A stretch of 64,000 bases of DNA from Patescibacteria group bacterium. GTDB lineage: Bacteria > Patescibacteriota > Minisyncoccia > GCA-002772825. The stretch lies in contig JANLHB010000016.1 of assembly GCA_024654625.1 (NCBI GenBank), positions 64,137 through 128,136 of the forward strand. Reading direction: 5' to 3'. The notes beneath the pieces were generated by a model, which was not told the DNA's origin, made no database searches, and saw nothing but the letters and a program-made list of their open reading frames with translations. A program made the position numbers and the translations under genes. Below are positions 20,502 to 30,024 of the stretch, piece by piece; within the stretch, counting starts at the first letter, position 1, and each line of letters begins with the position of its first letter.

Positions 20502-20539
20502 GACCCACGTTTCGCGTTAAGCGGAGCGTGGGTCTTTTT
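20502..20539 (+). terminator. Intrinsic terminator
   Basis: GACCCACGTTTCGC/GCGGAGCGTGGGTC (with G-U pairs) followed by TTTTT. Confidence 0.8.
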
Positions 20540-20540
20540 A

Positions 20541-20580
20541 TTGCAAAAATGTGAAATAATGATATGGTTTAAATGGAAAA
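20541..20580 (+). promoter_or_regulatory. Repeated 40-bp promoter module, copy 3
   Basis: TTGCAAAAATGTGAAATAATGATATGGTTTAAATGGAAAA. Confidence 0.75.
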
Positions 20581-20626
20581 TATAAGATCTTTAACTTTAA
20601 ACTTTCTAAAATATAAGGGGGTTGCG

Positions 20627-21754
20627 ATGAGTGATAAATATCTTATAGACGGACAGAAGCTTAAGTATCACGAAGAGAGGGTAAAAAGATGGCTTAGTGC
20701 GACGACGTGGAAAAATGCGAAAAAGATTTATCCTATCTATCTTGAGATCTCGCCTTTTGGCGCTTGTAATCACCGTTGCGTTTTTTGCGGGGTTAAGACT
20801 TTAGGGTATAAGAATAATTTTATCAGGCGAGAAGTGCTTCTTGAGAGAATCAAGGAGATGGGGCGCCTGGGGATAAGAAGCATAATGTATGCTGGAGAAG
20901 GCGAGCCTCTTCTTCACTCTAATATCGCAGAGATTGTATCTGCGACTAAAGAGGCGGGGATTGATGCGGCTTTCACCACGAATGGCGTTTTTTTGGAGAA
21001 GATATTTCCTATCCTTGGCGACATCTCTTGGGTCAAAGTCAGTATAAATGCCGGCACCGCAGGCACTTATAAAGAGATCCATAAAGCCAAAGAAGGTAAT
21101 TTTGAGAAAGTCTTAGGAAATATCAGAAAAGCGTTTTGGCTTAAAAAGAATAAGAACTACTCCTGTGTTATCGGCGCGCAAATAGTTGTCCTTCCGGAGA
21201 ATGAGAACGAGATACTCATTCTCGCGGGCGAGTTGTCAAAAAAGGGTGCCGATTATCTTGTAGTCAAACCGTACTCTTCTCACCCACTTGATAACAATGA
21301 CGCTATTGATATCAAGAATCTCGGTTATTATGATCCTGGGTTTCTTGTGTCTTTAGAGTGGGTAGAACACCGCGCTTCCTCAAAAAATTTTAAGGTTATC
21401 GTCCGTTATAATGCCTTTAGAAGTGTTGCGGATAAAGAAAAATCTTATGATAGGTGTCTTTCAGTTCCTTTTTTCTGGGGATACATTACCGCAAAGGGCG
21501 ACGTGTATTCTTGCTCTGTCTTCTTTGGAGATGAAAGATTTAAGCTCGGTAATATAAACGAGCAGACTTTTCAGGAGATATGGGAAGGGGAAAAGAGACG
21601 ACAAAACTGGGAGATGATGAAAGATTTTGATGCCTCAGTGTGCCGTAAGGGGTGCCGAATGGATGCCTGCAATAGATTTCTGTCTTCAGTGAAAGAGCAA
21701 GGATTTCCTGTTCTTGTTGACAGAAAGGATATCAAACACATCAACTTTATATAA
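20627..21754 (+). CDS. Radical SAM/SPASM(twitch) protein, paralog of 19335-20486
   Basis: CNHRCVFC; GEGEP; GDVYSC...LGNI..QTFQEIW...CRKGC; ATG 20627 follows AAGGGGG SD. Confidence 0.92.
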   Translation: MSDKYLIDGQKLKYHEERVKRWLSATTWKNAKKIYPIYLEISPFGACNHRCVFCGVKTLGYKNNFIRREVLLERIKEMGRLGIRSIMYAGEGEPLLHSNIAEIVSATKEAGIDAAFTTNGVFLEKIFPILGDISWVKVSINAGTAGTYKEIHKAKEGNFEKVLGNIRKAFWLKKNKNYSCVIGAQIVVLPENENEILILAGELSKKGADYLVVKPYSSHPLDNNDAIDIKNLGYYDPGFLVSLEWVEHRASSKNFKVIVRYNAFRSVADKEKSYDRCLSVPFFWGYITAKGDVYSCSVFFGDERFKLGNINEQTFQEIWEGEKRRQNWEMMKDFDASVCRKGCRMDACNRFLSSVKEQGFPVLVDRKDIKHINFI

Positions 21755-21773
21755 AGAAAGAGAGACTTCAACC

Positions 21774-21801
21774 AAACCCGTCTTGCGTCAGGCGGGTTTT
21801 T
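21774..21801 (+). terminator. Intrinsic terminator
   Basis: AAACCCGTCT/AGGCGGGTTT stem followed by a T run. Confidence 0.8.
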
Positions 21802-21816
21802 CTTTTGTCTATAATC

Positions 21817-21844
21817 TGTTCAATCCGCCATGGCGGATTGAACA
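21817..21844. repeat. 28-bp perfect palindrome
   Basis: TGTTCAATCCGCCA|TGGCGGATTGAACA. Confidence 0.85.
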
Positions 21845-21896
21845 TGGATTTAAGATATAGTTACTGGAAAAAAAGCGAGAAATCAGCTATATTTTA

Positions 21897-22619
21897 ATGA
21901 TGACAAAGCTTTCTATAATTGTTCCCGCCTATAATGAGGAGAGGGGATTAGCCTTGGCTGTGAACAGCCTTTTTTCTCTATTGTCGGAGAATAATATGGC
22001 AAGCGATGCCGAGATTTTAATATTCAATGATTGTTCTTTAGATAAGACCGGAGAGATTGCTAATGATCTTGCTAAGAATATAAATATAGTAAAGGTCTTT
22101 CATAATAAAAAAAATATGGGTCTTGGCTTCAACTTCAGAGAAGGGGCAAGACAATCCAAGGGAGAATATGTAACATGGTTTCCGGGCGATAACGAGAACT
22201 TACCGCAGTCTTTCGTAGACACTGTTAGTCGAATAGGCGAGGCGGATATCATCATTCCCTATACTGACAATATGGAAGTGAGGCCATTTTTACGCCGTCT
22301 TGTCTCCAGACTCTATACGGATTTAAATAATTTTCTCTTTAGACTGCATTTAAAATACTACAATGGTCTTTCTGTATATCGTCGCGATCTCCTGTTGTCT
22401 GTCTTGCCGAAGATTGGTGATAGTTTCGCTTTCTCCGCTCAGATACTCATTATGCTCTTGAAATCGGGCGCCAGTTTCGTAGAGGTGCCTATTAAAATAC
22501 AATCAAAGCCGGGCGGTAAGAGTTCTGCCTTTAGAATGAAAAATATAATAGGAGTTATAAAAGCCATTCTTTCTCTGTTCTGGAGAATTAATATAAAGAG
22601 AGAAAGAGTAAAAATATAA
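21897..22619 (+). CDS. Glycosyltransferase family 2, paralog of 16337-17062
   Basis: VPAYNEE, FNDCSLDKT, NMGLG, PGDNE; near-identical C-terminus (LFW.INIK.ER..I). Confidence 0.9.
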   Translation: MMTKLSIIVPAYNEERGLALAVNSLFSLLSENNMASDAEILIFNDCSLDKTGEIANDLAKNINIVKVFHNKKNMGLGFNFREGARQSKGEYVTWFPGDNENLPQSFVDTVSRIGEADIIIPYTDNMEVRPFLRRLVSRLYTDLNNFLFRLHLKYYNGLSVYRRDLLLSVLPKIGDSFAFSAQILIMLLKSGASFVEVPIKIQSKPGGKSSAFRMKNIIGVIKAILSLFWRINIKRERVKI

Positions 22620-22628
22620 TATAAAAAA

Positions 22629-23699
22629 ATGAAAGTTTGTTTTATAGGACAAGATTTGAATATTAAATCAGGATGGGGGAGGCTCACTGGTGAAATAACA
22701 GAAGGGATAAAAAAAAGAGGAATTCAAATTGATAGCATCAATACCGGAAAGGCATTGAGGAGCTGGAGATTTTTTTCTATTTTTCTAGATGCTTTTTATG
22801 TTAGAAATAAAATAAAAGATTGCGACATTATACACTGCTTTGATGGGTATCCTTATGGTATTATCGGCGCTTTGGCAAATATCGGTTTGAAGAAAAAATT
22901 GATTATAAATGGCGTAGGGACATATTCTGTGCTACCTCTCTATCAGCGTAAATACAAAAAACTCTTAATTTGGGCTTATAAAAAAGCGAGCAAAATATTG
23001 TGTATTAGTCATTTTACCGCGAGTGAGATTAAAAAAGCAGTTGAACTTGATAATATAGAGGTCGTAACTTTGGGAGTTGATTTGAAAAAGTTCGGCAATT
23101 GTCCTAGTAAGGGTAAAAAAACAGATGATCAAAAAGTCATTTTGAGCGTAGGAGGTTTAATGTTTAGGAAAGGTTATCATGTTTCTATACCAGCTGTGGC
23201 TAAGGTTAAAGAGTCTTATCCTGATATTCTCTATTACATAATAGGCGATCAGTCTAATGAAGAATATTTTAATAGATTGAAAAAGATGGTGAGAGATTAT
23301 GGACTGAACGGTAATGTAAAATTTTTCAGTAATATTTCTGACGAGGAATTATCCAGGATGTATTGTGGTGCTGACCTTTTTCTTTTGACATCAGTCAATG
23401 ATGGGCACAAGTTTGAGGGTTTTGGTTTGGTATATTTGGAAGCAAATGCGGAAGGATTGCCTGTTATAGGCACTTTAGGTTGCGGAGCGGAAGATGCGAT
23501 AAAGGACGGATACAGCGGTTTTCTTGTGCCGCAAAATAATGCGGAAGAAACGGCTAAAGCGATATTGAAAATTCTTGATGATGAAAGTATGACAGAAGAG
23601 ATGAAAAGCAACGCACTGCTCTGGGCAAAAGCGAATTCTTGGGATACTGTTATAGATAAATATATAAGCATTTATGAAAAAGTTATCGGAAAGAATTAA
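22629..23699 (+). CDS. Glycosyltransferase family 4 (PimB-like)
   Basis: RKG; FEGFGLVYLEANAEGLPVIG. Confidence 0.92.
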   Translation: MKVCFIGQDLNIKSGWGRLTGEITEGIKKRGIQIDSINTGKALRSWRFFSIFLDAFYVRNKIKDCDIIHCFDGYPYGIIGALANIGLKKKLIINGVGTYSVLPLYQRKYKKLLIWAYKKASKILCISHFTASEIKKAVELDNIEVVTLGVDLKKFGNCPSKGKKTDDQKVILSVGGLMFRKGYHVSIPAVAKVKESYPDILYYIIGDQSNEEYFNRLKKMVRDYGLNGNVKFFSNISDEELSRMYCGADLFLLTSVNDGHKFEGFGLVYLEANAEGLPVIGTLGCGAEDAIKDGYSGFLVPQNNAEETAKAILKILDDESMTEEMKSNALLWAKANSWDTVIDKYISIYEKVIGKN

Positions 23700-24981
23700 A
23701 ATATTACCGAAAGTTTCTTTCGTAAGAGATACGGCGGTGATGCAGATTGGGAACGGTTTTTCTACGTTTATCAACGTATTAGCCTCGGTCGCCTTTGCCA
23801 GAATCCTCCTTCCCGAGAAATACGGCATCTACAGTTTGGTGTTTGCTCTTGCTGGTTTGTTTGCCTTATTCATGAATCTTGGGGCTGACAGAGCGACACT
23901 TATCCTTTTTGCCGAGGCTTATCAAAAGAAGGATAAGAAAGAAGTATTAAATATCTTTGTTTACTTCTTGAAAATTTCTCTCATTGTATCGTTGGGTGTA
24001 TGGGGTCTGGCTATAATAATAGCTCCTATCGTTTCTATATATATGTATGGCGCGCCTTATGTAGGGGAATTGGTAAGGATAATAATACTTGCAAATATTC
24101 TTGGAATTTTTTATGAAATGGTATCAATCATCCTTCAGGTGATGAGGAAGATTAAAGGATATGTGTTTTTTGATAATGTAAAAAATCTTTTAAGGATTTT
24201 GTTTGGTTTCGCTTTTATATTTAGCCTGGGGGTCTTTGGCTTGATGGTCGGCTATCTGTTGGCTTCCGCTATCGCCATGGTATTGGCTATTTTTATTTAC
24301 TCGCATCTTCGGAAGAAATATGACCTATTGCCTTCTTTTAGAGAAATAGCGGCTAATTGGAAAAAAGTTTATATCAAAAATTATTTCAGGTTCGGTTTTT
24401 TGATCGCCATAAACCAAAACGTAAGCAGGTTGTATGGTATCTTGCCGGTTCTTTTGTTGAGTCTTTTCTATCCGACTGAGACGGTAGGATATTTCAATAT
24501 CGCTATGAAATATGTTTCTCTCCCGCTAGTGTTTCTTTCTCCCGTATCTCAGCTTCTGGCGGTGCGATTGCCTCAACTTAAAGCTGAAAAAAACCCGCTT
24601 TTTGCCAGAAACTTTTTTAAGGCTTCAATAATGTCAGGGGCGATAGCCCTCTTATTGATTATCCCCGCCATAATACTCGCGCCTTTTCTAGTCGAGCTGT
24701 TCTACGGTAAAGAATATATTGAATCTATAAAAGTGATATATTGGCTTTCTCCATTCACTATTCTTTCGGGGCTTGCCGTGGGGATAGGCCCGCTCTTTAG
24801 AACGCTGAACAAAATGAAAGAGGTTATAATGATCAATTCTCTGGTGATTATCTTAGGGTTATTGCCTGGATTTTATCTTATAAAAAATTACGGACTTTTT
24901 GGCATGGCGGCTATTACTGTGGTTTGGTTTGCCGCTTCTGATTTATTGGCTTTTATCTATATTAGGAAATTTATAAAATAA
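23674..24981 (+). CDS. Wzx/MOP-family oligosaccharide flippase
   Basis: About 12 TM segments; ARILLPEKYGIYS; VGYFNIA; LFYGKEY. Confidence 0.85.
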   Translation: MKKLSERIKILPKVSFVRDTAVMQIGNGFSTFINVLASVAFARILLPEKYGIYSLVFALAGLFALFMNLGADRATLILFAEAYQKKDKKEVLNIFVYFLKISLIVSLGVWGLAIIIAPIVSIYMYGAPYVGELVRIIILANILGIFYEMVSIILQVMRKIKGYVFFDNVKNLLRILFGFAFIFSLGVFGLMVGYLLASAIAMVLAIFIYSHLRKKYDLLPSFREIAANWKKVYIKNYFRFGFLIAINQNVSRLYGILPVLLLSLFYPTETVGYFNIAMKYVSLPLVFLSPVSQLLAVRLPQLKAEKNPLFARNFFKASIMSGAIALLLIIPAIILAPFLVELFYGKEYIESIKVIYWLSPFTILSGLAVGIGPLFRTLNKMKEVIMINSLVIILGLLPGFYLIKNYGLFGMAAITVVWFAASDLLAFIYIRKFIK

Positions 24982-24986
24982 TTAGT

Positions 24987-25634
24987 ATGGCAGTCATTTT
25001 TCAACCGGATCGCATCTTGTTAAAGGAACAGATAAAAAAATATAGAGATCATATAAAAGGAATAGTCCTTGATGCCGGAGCAGGCGGTTTTGATAGATAT
25101 TCGGAGCTTTTTTCATTTGAAAAATATCTTAAATTAGATATTGATGAGGCTAATAATCCGGATGTTATCGGTTCAGTCGAGGACATCCCGCTTCCAGATA
25201 ATTCGGTTGATTCAATTGTTTCGATGCAGGTCTTAGGCGATGTAGAAAATTTAGATAAAGCAATATTAGAATTTCACAGAGTACTAAAGCCTAGAGGCGC
25301 GATACTTGTTACTGAATCTTTAATATCTGCGATTCATGATGAGCCGGTAGATTTCTGGCGTTTTACTGATTTTTTGCTTAAAAATCTTTTTGAAAAGAAT
25401 GGCTTTGAGATTGTTTTGATTGAGGCAAGGGGAGGATTTTTCGCAAGTGTTACTCAGAGTATCATTCGTTACTTAATAGACAGATTGGATTTGTATAATA
25501 ATTTTCTAGGCAAGATATTAAGGTTCCCCATAAGTATCTTTGGAAGGATAATGCTTTGGATAGACAGGAGAGATAGGAGCAAGGCTTCTTTGCGTCAGAC
25601 AATGGGCTGGTGCTTGGTAGCTGTTAAAAAATAA
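24987..25634 (+). CDS. Class I SAM-dependent methyltransferase
   Basis: VLDAGAG; IPLPDNSVD; RVLKPRG; HDEPVDFWRFT. Confidence 0.88.
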   Translation: MAVIFQPDRILLKEQIKKYRDHIKGIVLDAGAGGFDRYSELFSFEKYLKLDIDEANNPDVIGSVEDIPLPDNSVDSIVSMQVLGDVENLDKAILEFHRVLKPRGAILVTESLISAIHDEPVDFWRFTDFLLKNLFEKNGFEIVLIEARGGFFASVTQSIIRYLIDRLDLYNNFLGKILRFPISIFGRIMLWIDRRDRSKASLRQTMGWCLVAVKK

Positions 25635-25635
25635 T

Positions 25636-26397
25636 ATGAAAGAAGTTATTGTAACAACCAGCTGGGATGACGGGGCGGTGGAAGATATTAAACTTCTTAA
25701 TCTCTTAAATGAATACGGACTAAAGGGAACTTTTTACATACCGGAGAGCATTGATTATGAGATAGAGGATGGGAAGAAAGTAGTTAGAATGCCTGATGAT
25801 GATGTGAAGCGCATTGCGGAGAGCCAGGAAGTAGGCGCTCATTCATTGAGTCATATATATTTTGATAAATTAAACAGGGAAGATGTAAAGGCGGAAATCA
25901 GCGGTTCAAAAGGGTATCTTGAGGATTTGCTTGGTAAAGAAGTAAAGATGTTTTGTTATCCCGGAGGAGTATTTACGGAGAATGATGCTTATGAAGTTAA
26001 GAGTGCCGGTTTTTTGGGGGCAAGGACAGTGGATCTTTTTAAGTTTGAGGTGAATGATTTTTTCCAGATGCCGACTTCTATAAATTGCTATCCTTTTCCT
26101 TTCAGATATGACAGTTTGCGCGCATTTTTCCAGCCAGTCTTAAAATATAAAGAGGAGATATTCAAATTAAAACTCTCTATAAAATCTTTCTTAAGTTGGC
26201 AGAACCTTGCCATGGCGATGTTTGACCACGCTGTTTCAAATGGAGGAATGTTTCACTTATGGGGCCACTCCTGGGAGATAGAGAAAAATAATATGTGGCA
26301 AGACTTGGAAGAAGTGTTTAAATACATTTCAAATAAAGAAGGCGTAAAATATATGACTAATTCTGAAACCCTTGAGTTTTTAAAGCAGGGAAAATAA
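25636..26397 (+). CDS. Polysaccharide deacetylase (CE4)
   Basis: TTSWDDG; EVGAHSLSH; FCYPGG; FHLWGHSWE. Confidence 0.92.
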   Translation: MKEVIVTTSWDDGAVEDIKLLNLLNEYGLKGTFYIPESIDYEIEDGKKVVRMPDDDVKRIAESQEVGAHSLSHIYFDKLNREDVKAEISGSKGYLEDLLGKEVKMFCYPGGVFTENDAYEVKSAGFLGARTVDLFKFEVNDFFQMPTSINCYPFPFRYDSLRAFFQPVLKYKEEIFKLKLSIKSFLSWQNLAMAMFDHAVSNGGMFHLWGHSWEIEKNNMWQDLEEVFKYISNKEGVKYMTNSETLEFLKQGK

Positions 26398-26516
26398 TTT
26401 TAATGAAAAACATATTTGAAATAATGAAGCTGGTCGATGTAATTAATTTAAAAAATAAATTTACGGCTTTTAAAAAATTATAAATATTATTAATCTAATT
26501 AGATTAGAATTATATT

Positions 26517-28070
26517 ATGAAAAAAATATTAAGTATTTTAGGTAAAAAGACGGTTTATCTGCTGGTATTAATAGCGGTAACTATTTTTGGTTTTGGTATG
26601 TTTAATTTTGTCACTATGGCAATAATAGATCCAATTCCAGAAAGTTTACACTTAAAAGTTCTACCATCTGATGTTATTGGTTATAGAGTAGGAAAAGACC
26701 TAAGAAGAGAAGGTGATGTTATGACCGATTATGGTGATATTATTTCGTATGCCTATAGAGGAGAAATACAACCTATGTTAGATGGCGAAATGTTTAGAAC
26801 AAATTTTGGTGAATTTTATAAAAAGGGAGTAAATAATAACGGGGAAGAATGGCAAGCTAAAATTTACACAGGATATACTTATGACAAAAAAGGGAATAAT
26901 TGGTATATAGTCGAGCATGCTACGACTACTGTCGGTGCGTTTAATCAGCAGATAGGTCAAAGAGAAAGAAAATCTATTCTTGCTTATCAGTTTACTAATA
27001 TGGTTTATGCTGATAGTTTGAATAATGAATTTTCTGGTGCAGGCGACGGTACTGTTCGCGTTAATGATACATCTTGGATCAATGCTCATGATGCCACATC
27101 AGGAGATTCTGCAGACTCTACTGCTTCTCAGCATTACATTGTTTCTCAATGGACTGGAAGTGCTGCAAATATTTACAGGGGGTTTTTCCCAATACCCGGT
27201 ACAGATCAATTACCTGATACTGCAGTTGTAACTGCTGCTGACTTTAATCTTTATGTAGATTCTAAATCTGACCCCGATGACGATGCCTATGATTATATTA
27301 GTATTGTAGGACCAACTTCTCAGAATGCAACAACAACCTTAGTAGTTGATGATTATGATAATTGTGGTTCTACACATAGCCCTACAGAATGGACAACGGA
27401 TATTGCTTTAAATAATATTTCCACGGGAGCTTATAATTCTTGGAATTTTAATGCTTCAGGTATAAGCAATATTTCAGTTGCTACAACAACAAAACTAGGA
27501 ATGCGTGAAGGACATGATATAAATGATAGTTCGCCAGATGCTGGGGAGGAATTCAATATTTATTTTAGATTATTAGAATATGCTGGCACATCTTATGATC
27601 CATATCTTGATGTAACTTATACAGTGTCTCCTGCTACTGGAATGAAAGCTAGAAAGGATTCTGACCAAAGCGTTATAAATACAGTAAATCTTCAAAATGA
27701 TAATGAGCTTAAAGTTGGTTTGATTAGTGCTAACACTTCATACATAATAGATGGAGTTATCTTTGCCAGTGCGGACAGCGTGGCTCCTGATATTAAAATT
27801 GGTTTTGCGCTCAGTTCGCCTTTGGGGACAATTATAGATTTGGCTTATGTTGCTGATGATTCTGGGGATGCAGGAGTATTCGAAAGTTCTGGTGGAGAAA
27901 GTCCGGAGATCACTTTAAAAGCGGGCGGTAAAGAAATAATACAAATAATTGGTACAGTAAAAACAGGTAGTTCTGGCTCAACTTTACAATTGCAGTGGGC
28001 GCAAAATAATTCAAGTTCGGCCTCTACAACTGTGCAGGCCGGTAGTTATCTTAGGGCAGAAGCAATATAA
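26517..28070 (+). CDS. Secreted or membrane-anchored beta-rich surface protein (DNRLRE-like middle domain, phage-tail-like C-terminus)
   Basis: N-terminal hydrophobic helix; S/T/D-rich; YRGFF.....LP..AVVTAA.F.LY...DPYL.VTY; LQLQWAQN...GSYL. Confidence 0.55.
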   Translation: MKKILSILGKKTVYLLVLIAVTIFGFGMFNFVTMAIIDPIPESLHLKVLPSDVIGYRVGKDLRREGDVMTDYGDIISYAYRGEIQPMLDGEMFRTNFGEFYKKGVNNNGEEWQAKIYTGYTYDKKGNNWYIVEHATTTVGAFNQQIGQRERKSILAYQFTNMVYADSLNNEFSGAGDGTVRVNDTSWINAHDATSGDSADSTASQHYIVSQWTGSAANIYRGFFPIPGTDQLPDTAVVTAADFNLYVDSKSDPDDDAYDYISIVGPTSQNATTTLVVDDYDNCGSTHSPTEWTTDIALNNISTGAYNSWNFNASGISNISVATTTKLGMREGHDINDSSPDAGEEFNIYFRLLEYAGTSYDPYLDVTYTVSPATGMKARKDSDQSVINTVNLQNDNELKVGLISANTSYIIDGVIFASADSVAPDIKIGFALSSPLGTIIDLAYVADDSGDAGVFESSGGESPEITLKAGGKEIIQIIGTVKTGSSGSTLQLQWAQNNSSSASTTVQAGSYLRAEAI

Positions 28071-28086
28071 TGAAATAAAGTAAATT

Positions 28087-28119
28087 TCACTCCCATTTTT
28101 TAGATAAAAGTGGGAGTGA
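28087..28119. terminator. Hairpin after the surface-protein gene (possible terminator)
   Basis: TCACTCCCATTTT/AAAGTGGGAGTGA. Confidence 0.55.
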
Positions 28120-28149
28120 GGTCTAGTTAATTTTAAGGTAATTAAAAAT

Positions 28150-28776
28150 ATGAATAATCTAATACAAACAAAAGATGTAGTAAATAAATTTGTTCCATTG
28201 TATGCAAAAGGGGAGTCTTTGGATATTGGTGCCGGGACTGCTAAATATAAAGAGATTATAGAGAGAAATGTGACTTCATATAAAACTAGTGATGTTAACG
28301 ATGTCCCAGGCATTGATTATATTGAAGACATTAAAAATTTAAGCTTTAAAGATGGAAGTTTTGATACTATTTTTTGTTTTCAGGTTCTTGAACATGTTGA
28401 TGATTCAAAAAAGGCGGTTTCTGAAATATATCGATCTTTGAAGGGTGGTGGAGTGTGTATAGCTACTGCTCCTTTTCTTGTTCCTGTTCATAGCGACCCT
28501 GGTGATTTCGGACGTTTTACTGTCGAGGGGTTTAGATCTTTGTTTGAGAAGGAGAATTTCAAAGTATTAGAGTGCGGTCCTTATGGTGGTTTGTTTACTG
28601 TGCTGGGTGAGTTTATAAAGTTTTTGTTTCTAAATCCATATAAAGATAAAAAATATAGCAGACTAAGAAGAGCTATCTTTGGACGACTTATAAGATTACT
28701 CTATTTTTTTGATAGGATAAGGTTTTTAAAAACCCCTGATTTTTATGCTAATGTTTATATGGTTGCCCAAAAGTAA
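28150..28776 (+). CDS. Class I SAM-dependent methyltransferase
   Basis: LDIGAGT; QVLEHV; HSDPGDFGRFT. Confidence 0.88.
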   Translation: MNNLIQTKDVVNKFVPLYAKGESLDIGAGTAKYKEIIERNVTSYKTSDVNDVPGIDYIEDIKNLSFKDGSFDTIFCFQVLEHVDDSKKAVSEIYRSLKGGGVCIATAPFLVPVHSDPGDFGRFTVEGFRSLFEKENFKVLECGPYGGLFTVLGEFIKFLFLNPYKDKKYSRLRRAIFGRLIRLLYFFDRIRFLKTPDFYANVYMVAQK

Positions 28777-28786
28777 ATTATAAAAT

Positions 28787-30022
28787 ATGAAGATTTTAAT
28801 TTTACAAGACGATTTTCCTCCAAAAAGCTACGGCGGAGCCGGGGTGGTGGCTTTTAATCTAGCGAAAGGTTTTAAAGATAAAGGAAATGATGTTTATGTA
28901 ATTTCTACTGTGAAAGACAAAGCAGAAGAAGGAAAGGATAAGTATGGAGGGTTTGAAGTCTATAACATATATTCTAATTACCATGAGAGATGGCGTGCTT
29001 ATTTGAGCTTATATAATCCGATGACGGTAATAAAAGTAAAGAATCTTATCAATGAGATAAAGCCAGATGTTGTCTTTGCAAGTAATATACATTTTCATAT
29101 TTCTTATTATTCTTTGAAATTAGCTAAGAAAGGCGAAGCAAAAGTCTTTCTTATTGCGCATGATGTAATGCTCTTTCATTATGGAAAGTTAACGGAGTTT
29201 ATAAATCCATGCGATTTATCTATACCTGATAAATTTAAATATAAAATAAATTTCTTGGAGCAAGTTAAAAAATTCAAGAAAAGATATAATCCTTTACGAA
29301 ATCTTTTTATCAATCACTATCTTAAATATGTTGATAAGATTTTTGCTGTTAGTTTTGCTCTTCAGGAAGCTCTTGAGGGAAACGGGATAAAAAATATCAA
29401 GACTGTTCATGCAGGTATCAATTTTTCTTTGTGGGAGATAGATGAGGGTAAAATAAATGACTTTAAAAAAGAATATGGAGTCCTAGATAAAAAAATTGTT
29501 TTATTTGGAGGTAGATTAAGCGGAGCAAAAGGAGGTAGGGAGATATTAAAAGCGATGATTAAAATTATAGAAAAGGTTCCCAGCGCGGTGCTTTTAGTTG
29601 TCGGAGAAGGAAAAGGGTATGAGAAAGATATGGTTAATACAGCCGAAAAATTTGGACTTAAAGATAGAATCATTTTTACGGGATGGATATTAGGAGACAA
29701 ACTTAAGGCAGCTTATCATTCAAGTGATGTTGTTGTGGTATCTTCTGTCTGTTTTGACTCTTTCCCAGTTATCAATCTTGAGGCTATGGCGTGTGCTAAG
29801 CCGGTGGTGGGGACCTGTTTTGGAGGGACGCCGGAGATAGTGGAAGATAATGTTACCGGATTTATCGTTAATCCTTTCAATACCGAGGTTATGGCGGAGA
29901 AAATCTCTTATCTTCTTTTAAATCCGGAAAAAGCTCGAGAGTTTGGAAAAAGAGGATATAATAAAATAAAGGAGAAATTTAGTATTGATAAATGGATAGA
30001 TAAGTATCTAAAGAATATATAA
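28787..30022 (+). CDS. Glycosyltransferase family 4
   Basis: FPPKSYGGAG; GRLSGAKG; DSFPVINLEAMACAKPVV. Confidence 0.92.
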   Translation: MKILILQDDFPPKSYGGAGVVAFNLAKGFKDKGNDVYVISTVKDKAEEGKDKYGGFEVYNIYSNYHERWRAYLSLYNPMTVIKVKNLINEIKPDVVFASNIHFHISYYSLKLAKKGEAKVFLIAHDVMLFHYGKLTEFINPCDLSIPDKFKYKINFLEQVKKFKKRYNPLRNLFINHYLKYVDKIFAVSFALQEALEGNGIKNIKTVHAGINFSLWEIDEGKINDFKKEYGVLDKKIVLFGGRLSGAKGGREILKAMIKIIEKVPSAVLLVVGEGKGYEKDMVNTAEKFGLKDRIIFTGWILGDKLKAAYHSSDVVVVSSVCFDSFPVINLEAMACAKPVVGTCFGGTPEIVEDNVTGFIVNPFNTEVMAEKISYLLLNPEKAREFGKRGYNKIKEKFSIDKWIDKYLKNI

Positions 30023-30024
30023 AT

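Noticed and set aside
18173-21896. Integron attC cassette array
   Set aside because: The intergenic hairpins are U-tailed terminators without RYYYAAC/GTTRRRY boxes, and no integron integrase is in view.
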